A stretch of DNA of 64,000 nt from Alloascoidea hylecoeti (taxonomy: Eukaryota), in NCBI GenBank assembly GCA_001600815.1, contig BCKZ01000005.1:381532-445531 (forward strand). The letters run 5' to 3'. The position numbers and the translations under genes are program-made. The notes under the pieces are model-generated. The model did no database searches and was not told the DNA's origin. It saw only the letters and a program-made list of their open reading frames with translations. Positions within the stretch are counted from its first letter, which is position 1, and each line of letters opens with the position of its first letter. Below are positions 39,525-51,179 of this stretch, one piece after another.

Positions 39525-40250
39525 ATGGTATATTTTCTTCCTCATGATGGTATTTTGCTATAATATGTCTACATTTACCCCTGGAATCATTTAAATGTGC
39601 TTCTTTTCTTTCATCCCAGTAACGCTGACTTAATAAGAAAGATCTGGGCCCTTTAAATAAATGTTATATTATGGTTTTAAGCAAAGTTTCTGATGGTTTA
39701 TGATTATTGCTAGTCATTATCAATTTTGAAGCGGTTAATATTTTATTATTATTTATAAATATTAATGAGAAAGTCAAATGAGATTTTTAAAAATATTTCT
39801 GCTCTAATTAAAGTATCTAACCATGGATAGGCCCGATAAGTTTTCTTTGAATTGGTTGCTATAAAGGAAGGGGCTTCATACCTTTCGATACGAATCAACA
39901 TCTACCACTCTATGTCGACGGATATAACAATAAAAAAGAGCACTATAAAATTCTACAATTTTTAAAATAATATTTCACCATCCAAAGTTTTGAAATAGAT
40001 ATATATTCCCAAATAAGAGGGGCGAGGGGGCAATACCTGAAATAACATAAATGATCAACTTTTTTAAACAGTGTATCTGGTTAATTTCGGCAAGTTCATC
40101 AAACTATTTGGTCATGCTTGAGACCAATTTTCCGTATAGAAACGAAAAGGTATCAACAAGTGTCGTAAATAATTTAGTGAGAAATATCTACTGAATATAC
40201 AATTAAAGAATTAAACGAGTGTTTGGCAAAATTCGTAAATTCTTTTGTTA
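39525..40250 (+). pseudogene. Decayed copy of F-box-like gene family
   Basis: MVYFLPHD/(frameshift)FAIICLHLPLESFKCASFL at the start and KELNECLAKFVNSF at the end. Confidence 0.7.
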
Positions 40251-40679
40251 TAAGTGTATTCAACTTTTGTTATCTGAGTGACAAATCATCTGAATTTCGA
40301 TGGATATGATGATTCTGAATTGATATTATCTGTTTTCATGCTTAAATTTATTCCTTAGCTTGTATGTTAGTGCCTAACCGTTTCCCTACTACCAGTAGTG
40401 ATTTGATGGGGTTTAATAATACAATCTCAATTGTATCCTACCTTTCCTTTTTACCAACACTTTTTTTTAATATATAAATTGGCATATTAATTCGAAGCAT
40501 TTGAAGACCCTAAATTAATCTTACCAATAAAGAAAGTAAAAAGGGTATTCTAGAAAGAAATTGTAATTATGATTAACGGTCATATCATGTCTACGCGTAA
40601 ATATCATACTGTAAGTTTCTCTCATCACACCTCTTTCACTGTATGATATTATTTATAGATTCAAGTTTATAATTCAATA

Positions 40680-41623
40680 ATGATTTCTCATAGAAAAAAC
40701 TCACCATCTCATGGGACACCTAATGAATCTTTGACTTCTCATTTCAAAATTGCTCGGCCAGTTACTCCCTCAAACAATCATTTACCAACAAATAATCCTA
40801 ATCAAGCCGACCGTTCCATAGATTCAACATTATCAATTAATACTAATACAAATACAAATACAAGTACAAGTAATCGATCATCATTATCAAACTTATCTAA
40901 AATCGACGAATCTATAAAAAATAATGAAGGAATAGATAAAAGAATTCAATCACCAAAAAATACATCAAAGAGATTTTCAACAGGAAATCATAATCATAGA
41001 CGAGTAATTAGTTCAAATCTTGATATTAATAAACGAAGAAATGCATTAAGAGATTTTTATAAATTAGATACAATAACAAAAGGTGATCCTAATCTAGAAA
41101 ATGAATTAACAGGTAATTCTGAAGATGAAATTATTTATGATAAAGATGATTTTGATGAAGTGATGTATGTTAAACAATTATTTGAAAATAAAAAAATTGA
41201 AGATATTTTAAAAGAAGAAAATGCATTATATCATGGTAAGTTTCTATTTTCAACTTTCAACTTCCAACTTTATAAAACGGAAAGATTTATATGTTATTGA
41301 TATTTGATACTAATTCTTATTATTTTTATTTTATGAAAATATAGATGTACGAACACTTGATAGTGAACAAAAAGCATTAGTTTATAATAATTATTATAAA
41401 TTAATTTCAGCAGCAGAAAGTCTTCATTCAGTATGTTATTTGTTTGTATTTTAAAGAACTAAATTAATAATTTATTGGAAATATATTAACAACGGTTTTT
41501 TCTTCAAAACTAAAGGTCCAAGATACATTAAATAGTAAGATAACAGATTTTGAAAAATTGAAAGATTCACTTGGAAGTATTTGTGATCGATCAAGAACTT
41601 TCACACTTATTTCAAAGAAATAA
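40680..41623 (+). CDS. VPS51: GARP complex subunit Vps51; exons 40680-41235, 41345-41430, 41516-41623
   Basis: RRNALRDFYKL motif. The spliced product gives ILKEENALYHDVRTLDSEQKALVYNNYYKLISAAE. Introns are GTAAGT..TAG and GTATGT..AAG. Confidence 0.9.
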
Positions 41624-42231
41624 TTTCTTTTAAAAGAATTTTATTTTACAATTTATGACTACATTTTTATTTTTATTTTTTCTACTGATTTATATAAAGG
41701 TACCGCTAGCTATGATATAGAAATTGCTAGACATTAATTAAACAATGCTTTTTATAATGATAAAAGTCTTATTTGATTTAATACGAATCAGAGTTCTAAT
41801 CAGATCCATTTATATTTTTCATTTACCTAGCTAAATTAGTGATATTAAATGCATACACTCTGCATGCGGGGTCAACGTATATTTAGTGTCGGATCTAAAA
41901 TACGAATATTATTCATTACAATAATTGAGTTCTATCGTTCCTCTCAAGAGAACACAATTAATATAGATTTTCACTTAAAATATTACAAATTTCACCGATA
42001 AACAATTAGTTTACAACTAAAACGAATCAAATGTAAGATTTTTGTGGACCTTGAACAGCATAAACCTCACAGATAAAGCCGTGTTTATGCAGACGCTAGC
42101 ATTCCGAAATAGGTAGTAGCATACCAAATCTCGTATTTGTGCTTTTCTTTGTTTTTTCTGTTTTCATTTGTGTTGGACATTTTCTCAACTTTTAATTATT
42201 TCAAATAATATCAAAAACTTATATCGAAATT

Positions 42232-43563
42232 ATGACTGAGTTAACAACTAAAGAAGTTATTAAACCAAATTCATATGTTGGTTTTGATACAATCACCACT
42301 CAAATCGAGGACCGTCTTATAAAAAGAGGATTTCGATTAAATCTCATGTTGGTTGGTAGGTATTTAAATCATAGTTTTATATAGCGCTTGATCTTATATT
42401 TATATTGTTATTATTATTTTACACATATTAACTCTTGGAAAATAAAAAGGTCATTCTGGGTTGGGAAAAACTACACTTGTTAATACTTTATTCGCTTCTC
42501 ATTTGGTGGACTCAAGCGGAAGAAAAAGTGCAATGGAACCGGCTGAAAGAACATGTGAAATCCAAACAGTTACTCATTGTAAGTTTAAAATCCGATATCT
42601 TTTAAAATATATTTCATAATTAAAATTCTAACCATTTTTCTATATTAGCGCTTTCGGAAAATAATGTTGATTTGACATTGAGTATTATCGATACTCCAGG
42701 TTATGGTGATCAAATCAATAATCAAAAATGGTAAGCTTATTAAATAAAAAACAATTGGAACCATTCATTTATATTTATATTTATATTTGTTTGAATTTTA
42801 TTTTAACATTTTTGGTTTTTAAGCTGGGATCCTTTGGTAAAATATATTAAAGAACAACATTCTCAATATCTTCGAAGAGAGCTTACTGCAGCTCGTGCAA
42901 AATTCATCCCTGATACTCGAGTTCATTGTGTTTTATTTTTCTTACAACCAAATGGTCATGGAATGACTCCACTGGATATTACAGTAATGAAAAAATTAAC
43001 TGAAATTGTTAATGTTGTTCCTATTATTGCAAAATCTGATTCATTTACCTTAGAAGAAAGAGTTAATTTCAAAAAGACTATTCAAAAACAATTAGCTTAT
43101 CATAATATCAGAATCTATCCTTTTGAATATGATACTGATGATCAGACAGAAGAAGAGATTCATGTAAATGAAACACTCAGAGTAAGTTCATTACAATTAA
43201 TTAATTAATTAATGACATGTTATATGCTAACTTATAAATAACTTGTAGCAAATAATTCCATTTGCGACTATTGGAGCTGAGAACCAAATCACTTTACCAA
43301 ATGGTAAAATAACTCGGGGAAGGAAAACTCGTTGGGGATCTATTGACGTTGAAGATCCAACACATTGTGATTTTATTTACTTGCGTGATTTCCTAACACG
43401 AACACATTTACAAGATTTGATTGAAACAACATCATTGGTACATTATGAAGCTTTCAGATCCAAACAATTATTAGCATTGAAAGAAAATGGAACTCGGGAT
43501 GTGAAGGGGAAACCACAGCATCAAAAACCACAACACGACGCTGCTCATAAACGTCAAGTTTAA
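42232..43563 (+). CDS. CDC10: Septin Cdc10; exons 42232-42355, 42450-42578, 42649-42730, 42824-43181, 43249-43563
   Basis: SYVGFDTITTQIE, GHSGLGKTT, DTPGYGD, AKSD, HCDF and LRDFLTRTHLQDLIETT. No C-terminal coiled coil. All four introns splice in frame. Confidence 0.93.
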
Positions 43564-43983
43564 TCAAGAAAAGCATTTCTATAATCTGTTGTATGATTAC
43601 TTTCAAAAATTGGCTTTATTTCAACGAATATCATCACGTTCACGTGTCTTGTACCTGAAAGATCTAGATTTTCCACATGGACAGTTGTTGAAGTGACAAA
43701 GAATGAAAAATAACGAATAATAATCGTATGAAGACTCATATGAATAAACTTAATGGAAATATATAATAAAATAAGAAAAAAGACAGGAAGTATAAAATAA
43801 TCAAGATCTAGAATTATTCAGTAATAAACTAATAAAATATTTAATTATATGCAAGGTGTATAAATTAAGAAATAATAAATAAATAAATAAATTAAAATCC
43901 GCTCTTTTTTTCCTTTTTCCTTTCTTTTCCTTTTTTTCTTTCATTCGGGCTTTTTTGTTATAGATAAATATATTATAAGTAGT

Positions 43984-44976
43984 ATGCTCAACAACACGGC
44001 ACCCTCAACCTCCCAAATGGCTTCTCCCCAGCCAAATCAAGTGATCGCCCATGCCTCTATTCCGAGACAACAGACAACCATGCTAAACATAAACAACTCC
44101 CATAATTTGAACGCCCCGTCAATTCAGTTGGCTCTCCCAATACCACCACTTTCAACTGCCCAACCCCATCCAAATGCCTTGATTGTTCAACAGCCACAAC
44201 GCGTCAAGAAGAAGTCAAAGTATTCAAAGGAGCAGGATGAATTAATCTTAAGTATGAAGAAACAAGGAAAATCATGGGTTGAGATCTCGGAAAAGGCAAA
44301 ATGTGGAAATTTCTTAGCCGCAAGAAATAGATATCAGGTACTAATTGGACAACAGGGAGGTGGTGCAGTTGCTTGGAGTTATGAAGATACAATCGGTTTA
44401 CAATCTTTATTAGATAAAGGAGAAAAAGAAAAATGGAAATTTATTGCTACTGAATTAACAAAAGTAACAAGTAAAAGATTTACAGATGTTCAGTGCCGTG
44501 AAATGATTAAACAATTATTTTCAAAAGATCCAAGTGCTTTCGGTGTTGTTGTTAGTGTTGGTCCACCTCCTCCTTTATCCCAACAACAAGGTGCTCCACA
44601 AGTAACAAGTGTTATGCCTTACCCTCATCCACAATATCAACAACAGATGCCAATTCAACATCATCAACAACATCAATATCAACAACATCAAGGTATGAAA
44701 TATGAAGATTTAAATAATTATCAAAGAAATAATCATGGCCTTCCATTACCAACTACTCAAACTCAAATGCAACAACAACAAATCCCTCCTTCAAATGTAA
44801 ATGATGATAATAATTATTCAAATATGATGAATGTTAGATCAAATCAACAACAACAACAAATTCCAAATTCAAATTCTCCAAAATTAAATCAACAACAACA
44901 ACAGCAACAACAACAGGGAAGCCAACAAAATTCTTATGGAAATCAATTATTAAATAATGACAATAATAAGAAATAA
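43984..44976 (+). CDS. AAF1: Myb/SANT-like transcription factor similar to Candida adherence factor Aaf1/Adf1
   Basis: KKKSKYSKEQDELILSMKKQGKSWVEI...LAARNRYQVLIGQQG...EKWKFIATEL...CREMIKQLF, with Q/N-rich flanks. Confidence 0.78.
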   Translation: MLNNTAPSTSQMASPQPNQVIAHASIPRQQTTMLNINNSHNLNAPSIQLALPIPPLSTAQPHPNALIVQQPQRVKKKSKYSKEQDELILSMKKQGKSWVEISEKAKCGNFLAARNRYQVLIGQQGGGAVAWSYEDTIGLQSLLDKGEKEKWKFIATELTKVTSKRFTDVQCREMIKQLFSKDPSAFGVVVSVGPPPPLSQQQGAPQVTSVMPYPHPQYQQQMPIQHHQQHQYQQHQGMKYEDLNNYQRNNHGLPLPTTQTQMQQQQIPPSNVNDDNNYSNMMNVRSNQQQQQIPNSNSPKLNQQQQQQQQQGSQQNSYGNQLLNNDNNKK

Positions 44977-45422
44977 GGAAAACTTTAGATGCTTTATCTA
45001 AACTTACGATTATGTTTTTTCTTTGATAATATTAATTTGTATTCTTTTACTATTTAATAAATTATGTTCACGTCAAAAATTAAATAAATATAAATGAAAA
45101 CTATAATTATAACTATAATTATAACTATAATTCTCGAGATAAGTTTAAATTATCATCTACTATTATATTATTATTATGTTGTTTAACTTTAAATGCTTTA
45201 CATTTTTATTATTTTAATTACCATTTTGAAATTTCCTTAACCTTACATTATATTTTCGAATATACATTTTAAATTTTATATTGTTTGTGTTGTTTATATT
45301 TTTTATATTTCATATATTTTATATGTTTTTTGTGTTATGATTTCTTAAAAATAAGATAAAAAAAAAGATATGTTATAATATTATTATTACAAGATTTAGT
45401 TTTCAGCTCTATTTTTTTTATC

Positions 45423-46390
45423 CTAAGCTTCAAATTCACCTTGTCTAGATTTATAGATCACCAAAGTTTGGGAAATAGCAATTAATATAGATCTAAGGTA
45501 GATGTAGAACCCCCTGATTTTTGACTTCTTCATATCTATTACGTGGTCATTCGGATTTACATTTAGCACGTTAACACCAACAGTATTTTTATGAACGTCA
45601 AAACCCGTTAGATCAATCTTGTTGAAACTAGACGGTCCCATACGTGTAAGGTCTTCTACATTCTCGTTATAACGATCTAAACTAATTGGTATGACCCAGA
45701 TGGGATTAAATGTACATTTGTATGAGGAAAGAATTTACGAATTTGTCAATCACTCATTTAATCCTTTAATTGTATACGTATATTCAGTAAAGATATCTAT
45801 GATTCAACCATACCATAACCAAATATTTTGATCAAACTGCTGAGAATAACCTGAAACACTGTTTAAACAAGTTGATAATTTCTATCTTTCAGGTATTATT
45901 TAAATCTAGATATCTTCACCCCCCTCTCATTTGAAAATACATATCTATTTCAACAATTTAGATAATGAAATATTATATCGAAGATTTTATATTGTATAAT
46001 CCATCTTTTTAGATTGATATATATTCGTATCAAAAGATATAGTTTCTTATAGATATTAATTTGAAGAAAACTCATCGGATTTATCTGTAATTAATTTTTT
46101 TAAAACAGAAATATATTGTAAAAAGCTTTCATTTGACTTGCTGATTATATTCATAATATTTATAGTTAATCACTTTAAAATTAGAAATTTGAGTAACAAC
46201 ATTGTACTTTGTTTAATATATCACCTATTTAAAGAGCTCAGATCTTTCTTTTCAACATTGATATTTAGTTGGCGTCACTGGAATGAAAGAAAAGAAGCAG
46301 ATTTAAATGTTTTCAGAGGTTAATGTAGACATATTATTGCAAAATGTCATCAAATAAATGAAATGAGGAGGAGAAAATGTCACCTCCATC
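45423..46390 (-). pseudogene. Longest decayed copy of F-box-like gene family
   Basis: FAIICLH*PLKTFKSASFLSFQ*RQLN ... EIDMYFQMRGG ... KFVNSF, then one frameshift into a ~98-codon open tail that includes the 45423-45641 ORF. Confidence 0.7.
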
Positions 46391-46751
46391 TTCGACACTG
46401 GGACCGACATCAGCCTGGCTCCTTATAAGTATTGTACTAATATATCAGCTAATCTATCTTTGATGATGTATCAATAGAGCAATTCCAAAAAATATGAAGT
46501 TGTGATTGCATAGAACCCACAAAATTGTACCAAATTGGCTGCGTTTGGATTATCGGTATGGGAATCGAGGATAGGCTATATATGGGCAACTTAGGACTCG
46601 GACTTTGGTTCGTCCGGGGTGTCTGAAAATGCCCGATTGCCAAAAATTCAATACCACTAGCGTAAATACCATCACTCCAACTTTTCAATATCCAAATTTA
46701 AAGAAAGATCATTAAACATTCAACTATGATAATGAATATAGATTCATCTCC

Positions 46752-49700
46752 ATGATTTATAAAAATAAAGATTTGGCTTTCATTCAACGGATAAGGAAGC
46801 AAAACAGATCATCATTAAAAGACTTATACTACGGGCGACTGGAAAAATTGGGGGTAGTTGGTCATTATAATTATAACCAGAGGAAATGTTATAGTAATGG
46901 AAAAGATCAGGTAAATAACAATGTAAATATATACAAAACGGGAATTGATAAAAAGGTACATATTTTTACTTCAAATAATAATAAAGAACAACTGAATCAA
47001 AATTCATTATTGGGTGGTGGAATTGGTGGTAAAACTTTAAAATCATATCCATCAATGCTGGGAGATAAATTAGATGGACGTTTACCTTTATATAATAAAA
47101 TCAATGAAAACGATAATGTTTTTTATGATGGTAGAAATAATTCATTACGATTTTTTAATTTTGATAAACCCAAAAGACCACCAAATGCTTTAGAATATTA
47201 TAAATCTCAGGTTAAAAAATTTGAAGAAACAAACCACTCAACCAATAATATCGAATATAAAGTTGATACTACATCAATTAGTGAATTGTTAAATCTCATT
47301 GATATTGAAAATTATAGTAATCTTGATTTTTCAACTCCTGATTTCGGCTCAATAGTTGAAATTTCATCTCCAACTTCAATTGTTTTTGGTATTGTTGTTT
47401 CCACGAATTTAAATCCTCCATTTTTTAACGAAATTACTATTTTTACATTAGATGGTCATTTAACTATTGCTAATTTGAATGATATTACTTTTATTCTTCC
47501 TGGATTTTTCAATGAAGAAAAAATTAAAGAAGTGTTTAATAATAAATCATCGTCAACATCAAAAAGCAAAACAGAGGAAGATACTATTTTACCTATTATT
47601 AGATATCAATTATTATATATTTTGAATGTTTTTATAAATGATATATTATCAATGCAGAAAACAATAGCATCACAACTTGAAGCTTTTTATTCAGTTACTT
47701 CAGATCTTGAATTATCGAATGCAACTACATTACAAAATTGTTTTGATTATATTTCACAATATTTTTCATCATCTTATGACTTTCACATAATTAATAATAA
47801 ATTATCAAAGAGTCTTCTTTTATTTGCAATTCATTTATCATTAATTTCTGATCCTATTAATTATTTATATATATCAAAGCATTTCTATAATGCTGGATTA
47901 CCATCTTTAACAACTTCATCATTTATCTCAACGAATCCATCATCATTATCATTAAAATCAAATAGACCACTTTATTGCATAAATTGTCAAAATTTAAGAA
48001 ATGAATTTAATAATGTTTTAAGATTTAAAAATTCAATATTTCAAGAATTTATTCAATTATTTGAATTTAAAAGTGGTAAAGGTATAAAAAATTATGATTA
48101 TGATAACGATACAAAAAAAGAATTAAATAAATTAATTTATAAAAATTTAAGAAATCAAAGTATTTTAAATTTTTTAAAATATTATTTAATTAATCCTGAT
48201 TATAGATTTACAAGAGTTATTAAATTAATTATTGATTATATGGATGATTCTCAAAAAATTATTAAAGATAATAATAATGACTATCTTATAGAAAATAAAC
48301 AGGATGAATGGGTTAATCCAGTTATATTATATAATAGAATGGTTTCTCTACAAATGATATCACCAAATGAAGATATCATATCCTCTTTTTTAAATAGTAC
48401 TCCATCAGTAACAAGGGAAGAATCAGCAAATACTACCTCTAGTACTCACACTGAAAAGAATGATACATTGCTTACTAATGTGCCAGCTACCATCAAAGAA
48501 GATCCATTTGTTAAATTTCGCTATAATTGGTTTCAATTCCCAATATACGCATTACCAAGTCATATTTTAGCACAGCATGGATTCCCAGCTAATTCAGAAC
48601 TTGCTATATCAATTGAAAGGAAAAACTCAAGAATTTGGATTGTTAATATCCATGTTATTGAGATTGGATCAATAATCACGCCAGATAATGTACAACTAAA
48701 TAAATATTTAAAACTAGTTAAAACTAATTCTTCAAAACTTTTATTTGAAGATGTATTTTTAGATACTCATAGTTTTTCTTCTGGTAAATCTGTTAATTGT
48801 ATTACATTTTCAATGGAATATCGACCAACAGATGAACAACCATGGAATACACCGAATTATGATGTCTCATTATCAACTGTTAGCAATGTTAAATTTGTAA
48901 CTTTGGATGTTTTAAAAGATATTATTGAAACCGGTGGTTATCAAGGATTATTTAAAAATATTAACTCTTTAAATTTTGATGATAAATATGATGATGATAA
49001 TAATGAGAATGAATCTAAAAATTATAAATTAACAAATGAAGATAAAGATAATATAAGTTGCTTATATGATATTTTATCAAATAGGTATTGGAAGAGGTTG
49101 ATTGATCATGCTAATGAATCTAGTTTACCAATTACTGAAGTCAAAGAAATTGAATTGAATAAAAATAAAAATGAAGAAAAAAATGAGATGAGAGAATCAT
49201 CAGATGAAATCGCAGATTTTCCTAAAGACCTTAAAAACATAAAGGTAGATTTAGTACAAGTGAAGAAAACTGCTGTTGATAGATTTTTAAATGAATGTTC
49301 ATTATTAGCGAATGAAATTTGTGCTAGATTTGGTATCCGAGAAGAATTCCCTTTATATTATCATTCTCAACTATTAAGAACAACTGCTTTATCGGTACCG
49401 TCTTCCACCACTAAAAGCTTATCGTCGGGTTCATCAATAACAGAAGTTGGTAAGCCCATACTTGATACAACAGCTACACCTGATATCAAATACCCATCGT
49501 TATTAGAATATCATCAGTATACTTCCAAACGTAATAGTTTTGGTGAAGTATCGCCAGAAAATTACATTAAGGCACAAAAATTTCTCTCTTTTGAAAAGTG
49601 TTCAACAACCTATAACCAACATTTTGGTCTTGGATTATCATGGGGATATTCTGGAATTAATTCCCCATTAAATAATTTCGAACATGTAATTAATCAATGG

Positions 49701-50234
49701 CAGTTATTAATTAAACTAAGACAAAAAAAAATCGAAGAAGATTTGGAATTAGAACAACAACAACAAAAAGAAGAATCATCATCTCTTTTAAATATTGAAG
49801 AACTTAATGAACTAAAAATTAAAAATAAAACTGTAAATAATGAGACTCCTCCTTGGATGATACTTAATTCTCAAGAATTAAATGATATATATGAAAGTTA
49901 TATTGGACCTAAACAACAAATCATATTAGCTGAAGAATATTATAAACACCGTTATGGAGTATTACGATGGCTGAAACAGAACATTGAAGAATCAAATATA
50001 GATGATGGGAAAAAGACGACAATCTCTGAGTTTATTTGTATCATTACAGAATCTGCCTTTATAAAATCTAGTGAATATGCATCATTAGCAAGAGCATTTT
50101 GTTTAGAATTAGGGATTGAAGTATCTGTGATATCAATGTCTAATAAAAATCGGAAAGTTGGAGAATCTGTTAAATGTATTGATGTACTGAAACTTGATTT
50201 TCTTACTGGTGAATGTGTTTTTATTTCTGATTAA
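46752..50234 (+). CDS. RNase II/RNB-family protein (Dss1/Cyt-4-like), apparently catalytically inactive, probably mitochondrial
   Basis: AISIE...WIVNIHV, NECSLLANEICARF and HFGLGL..YSGINSPL...INQWQL are RNB motifs. The N-terminus is basic. Confidence 0.75.
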   Translation: MIYKNKDLAFIQRIRKQNRSSLKDLYYGRLEKLGVVGHYNYNQRKCYSNGKDQVNNNVNIYKTGIDKKVHIFTSNNNKEQLNQNSLLGGGIGGKTLKSYPSMLGDKLDGRLPLYNKINENDNVFYDGRNNSLRFFNFDKPKRPPNALEYYKSQVKKFEETNHSTNNIEYKVDTTSISELLNLIDIENYSNLDFSTPDFGSIVEISSPTSIVFGIVVSTNLNPPFFNEITIFTLDGHLTIANLNDITFILPGFFNEEKIKEVFNNKSSSTSKSKTEEDTILPIIRYQLLYILNVFINDILSMQKTIASQLEAFYSVTSDLELSNATTLQNCFDYISQYFSSSYDFHIINNKLSKSLLLFAIHLSLISDPINYLYISKHFYNAGLPSLTTSSFISTNPSSLSLKSNRPLYCINCQNLRNEFNNVLRFKNSIFQEFIQLFEFKSGKGIKNYDYDNDTKKELNKLIYKNLRNQSILNFLKYYLINPDYRFTRVIKLIIDYMDDSQKIIKDNNNDYLIENKQDEWVNPVILYNRMVSLQMISPNEDIISSFLNSTPSVTREESANTTSSTHTEKNDTLLTNVPATIKEDPFVKFRYNWFQFPIYALPSHILAQHGFPANSELAISIERKNSRIWIVNIHVIEIGSIITPDNVQLNKYLKLVKTNSSKLLFEDVFLDTHSFSSGKSVNCITFSMEYRPTDEQPWNTPNYDVSLSTVSNVKFVTLDVLKDIIETGGYQGLFKNINSLNFDDKYDDDNNENESKNYKLTNEDKDNISCLYDILSNRYWKRLIDHANESSLPITEVKEIELNKNKNEEKNEMRESSDEIADFPKDLKNIKVDLVQVKKTAVDRFLNECSLLANEICARFGIREEFPLYYHSQLLRTTALSVPSSTTKSLSSGSSITEVGKPILDTTATPDIKYPSLLEYHQYTSKRNSFGEVSPENYIKAQKFLSFEKCSTTYNQHFGLGLSWGYSGINSPLNNFEHVINQWQLLIKLRQKKIEEDLELEQQQQKEESSSLLNIEELNELKIKNKTVNNETPPWMILNSQELNDIYESYIGPKQQIILAEEYYKHRYGVLRWLKQNIEESNIDDGKKTTISEFICIITESAFIKSSEYASLARAFCLELGIEVSVISMSNKNRKVGESVKCIDVLKLDFLTGECVFISD

Positions 50235-51179
50235 TTAATAATATCTTTAAATACAGATTTTACCTCTACCCATCAATAGAGCAGAAGAGCTGAGCCAGAA
50301 ATCTAGGATAAAATAAGACTTATGACACCCTATACCCTGTTTTAATCTCTAATCATAACTAGTGTAAATATCCTGTTTAACAGAATCAAATGTAAACCTT
50401 ATAATTATATTATCTAACCGTCTAAGAGTCGCAATTCTCTGTGCTTTCTGTAGCTACAACTGTTTTTTGTTGCCCGTTTACCTGTTCTATATATATGATT
50501 TGGAAAAATATGGAAGAAAAGTTTGTGTGTTAACCAAAAAAGTAAACGGTACTTAATCCGTCAATATCAATTCATTGATATTATTTCAATAAGTCTATAA
50601 AACATTGGGAAATAAATAGTATGTATATTCTAATCAACCCCTAAACTTTTCACTAATATTTTCTTTAACATGACGTTAGTGCTTGAGGGAAAACTTTAAC
50701 TTATAGCTATAAGGCCCTTATGGATAGTTAAGATGATTTCGAAGAAATGGTAATTGATTACTCAGAATTTTGAACAATTATTATGGTGTAACCATTCCAG
50801 TATTCATCAATCATGTTTATAGTTAGCACAAATTAACAAACAAATATAGTCGACATATGATCTTAAACTTACAATTATAGCTTATAAGATGGTATATATG
50901 TGAATTTTAAAGAATGTCAGCGCATATGCATATAACCTCATATGGTATAATGCTTGTGTGTGTACTGGGACACTGTTACTATATGCATAATATTGCATAT
51001 CAAAAACTTTTGATTTTCTATTTGAAACTCCAGCTGATAAAGTGTGTACTTTCCCTTGCAATTTGCCAAGGACCCTATTTTAACATTTCTATTATTAATT
51101 ATAAGCTAAATCTAAAATAAAATTTACATTAAAATTTAAAGCAGAGCATTATATAATTTTATAGCATACTTAAATACAA

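Noticed and set aside
45099..45132. Short AACTATAATTAT tandem repeat
   Set aside because: Ordinary low-complexity repeat, covered by the palindrome-chain finding.
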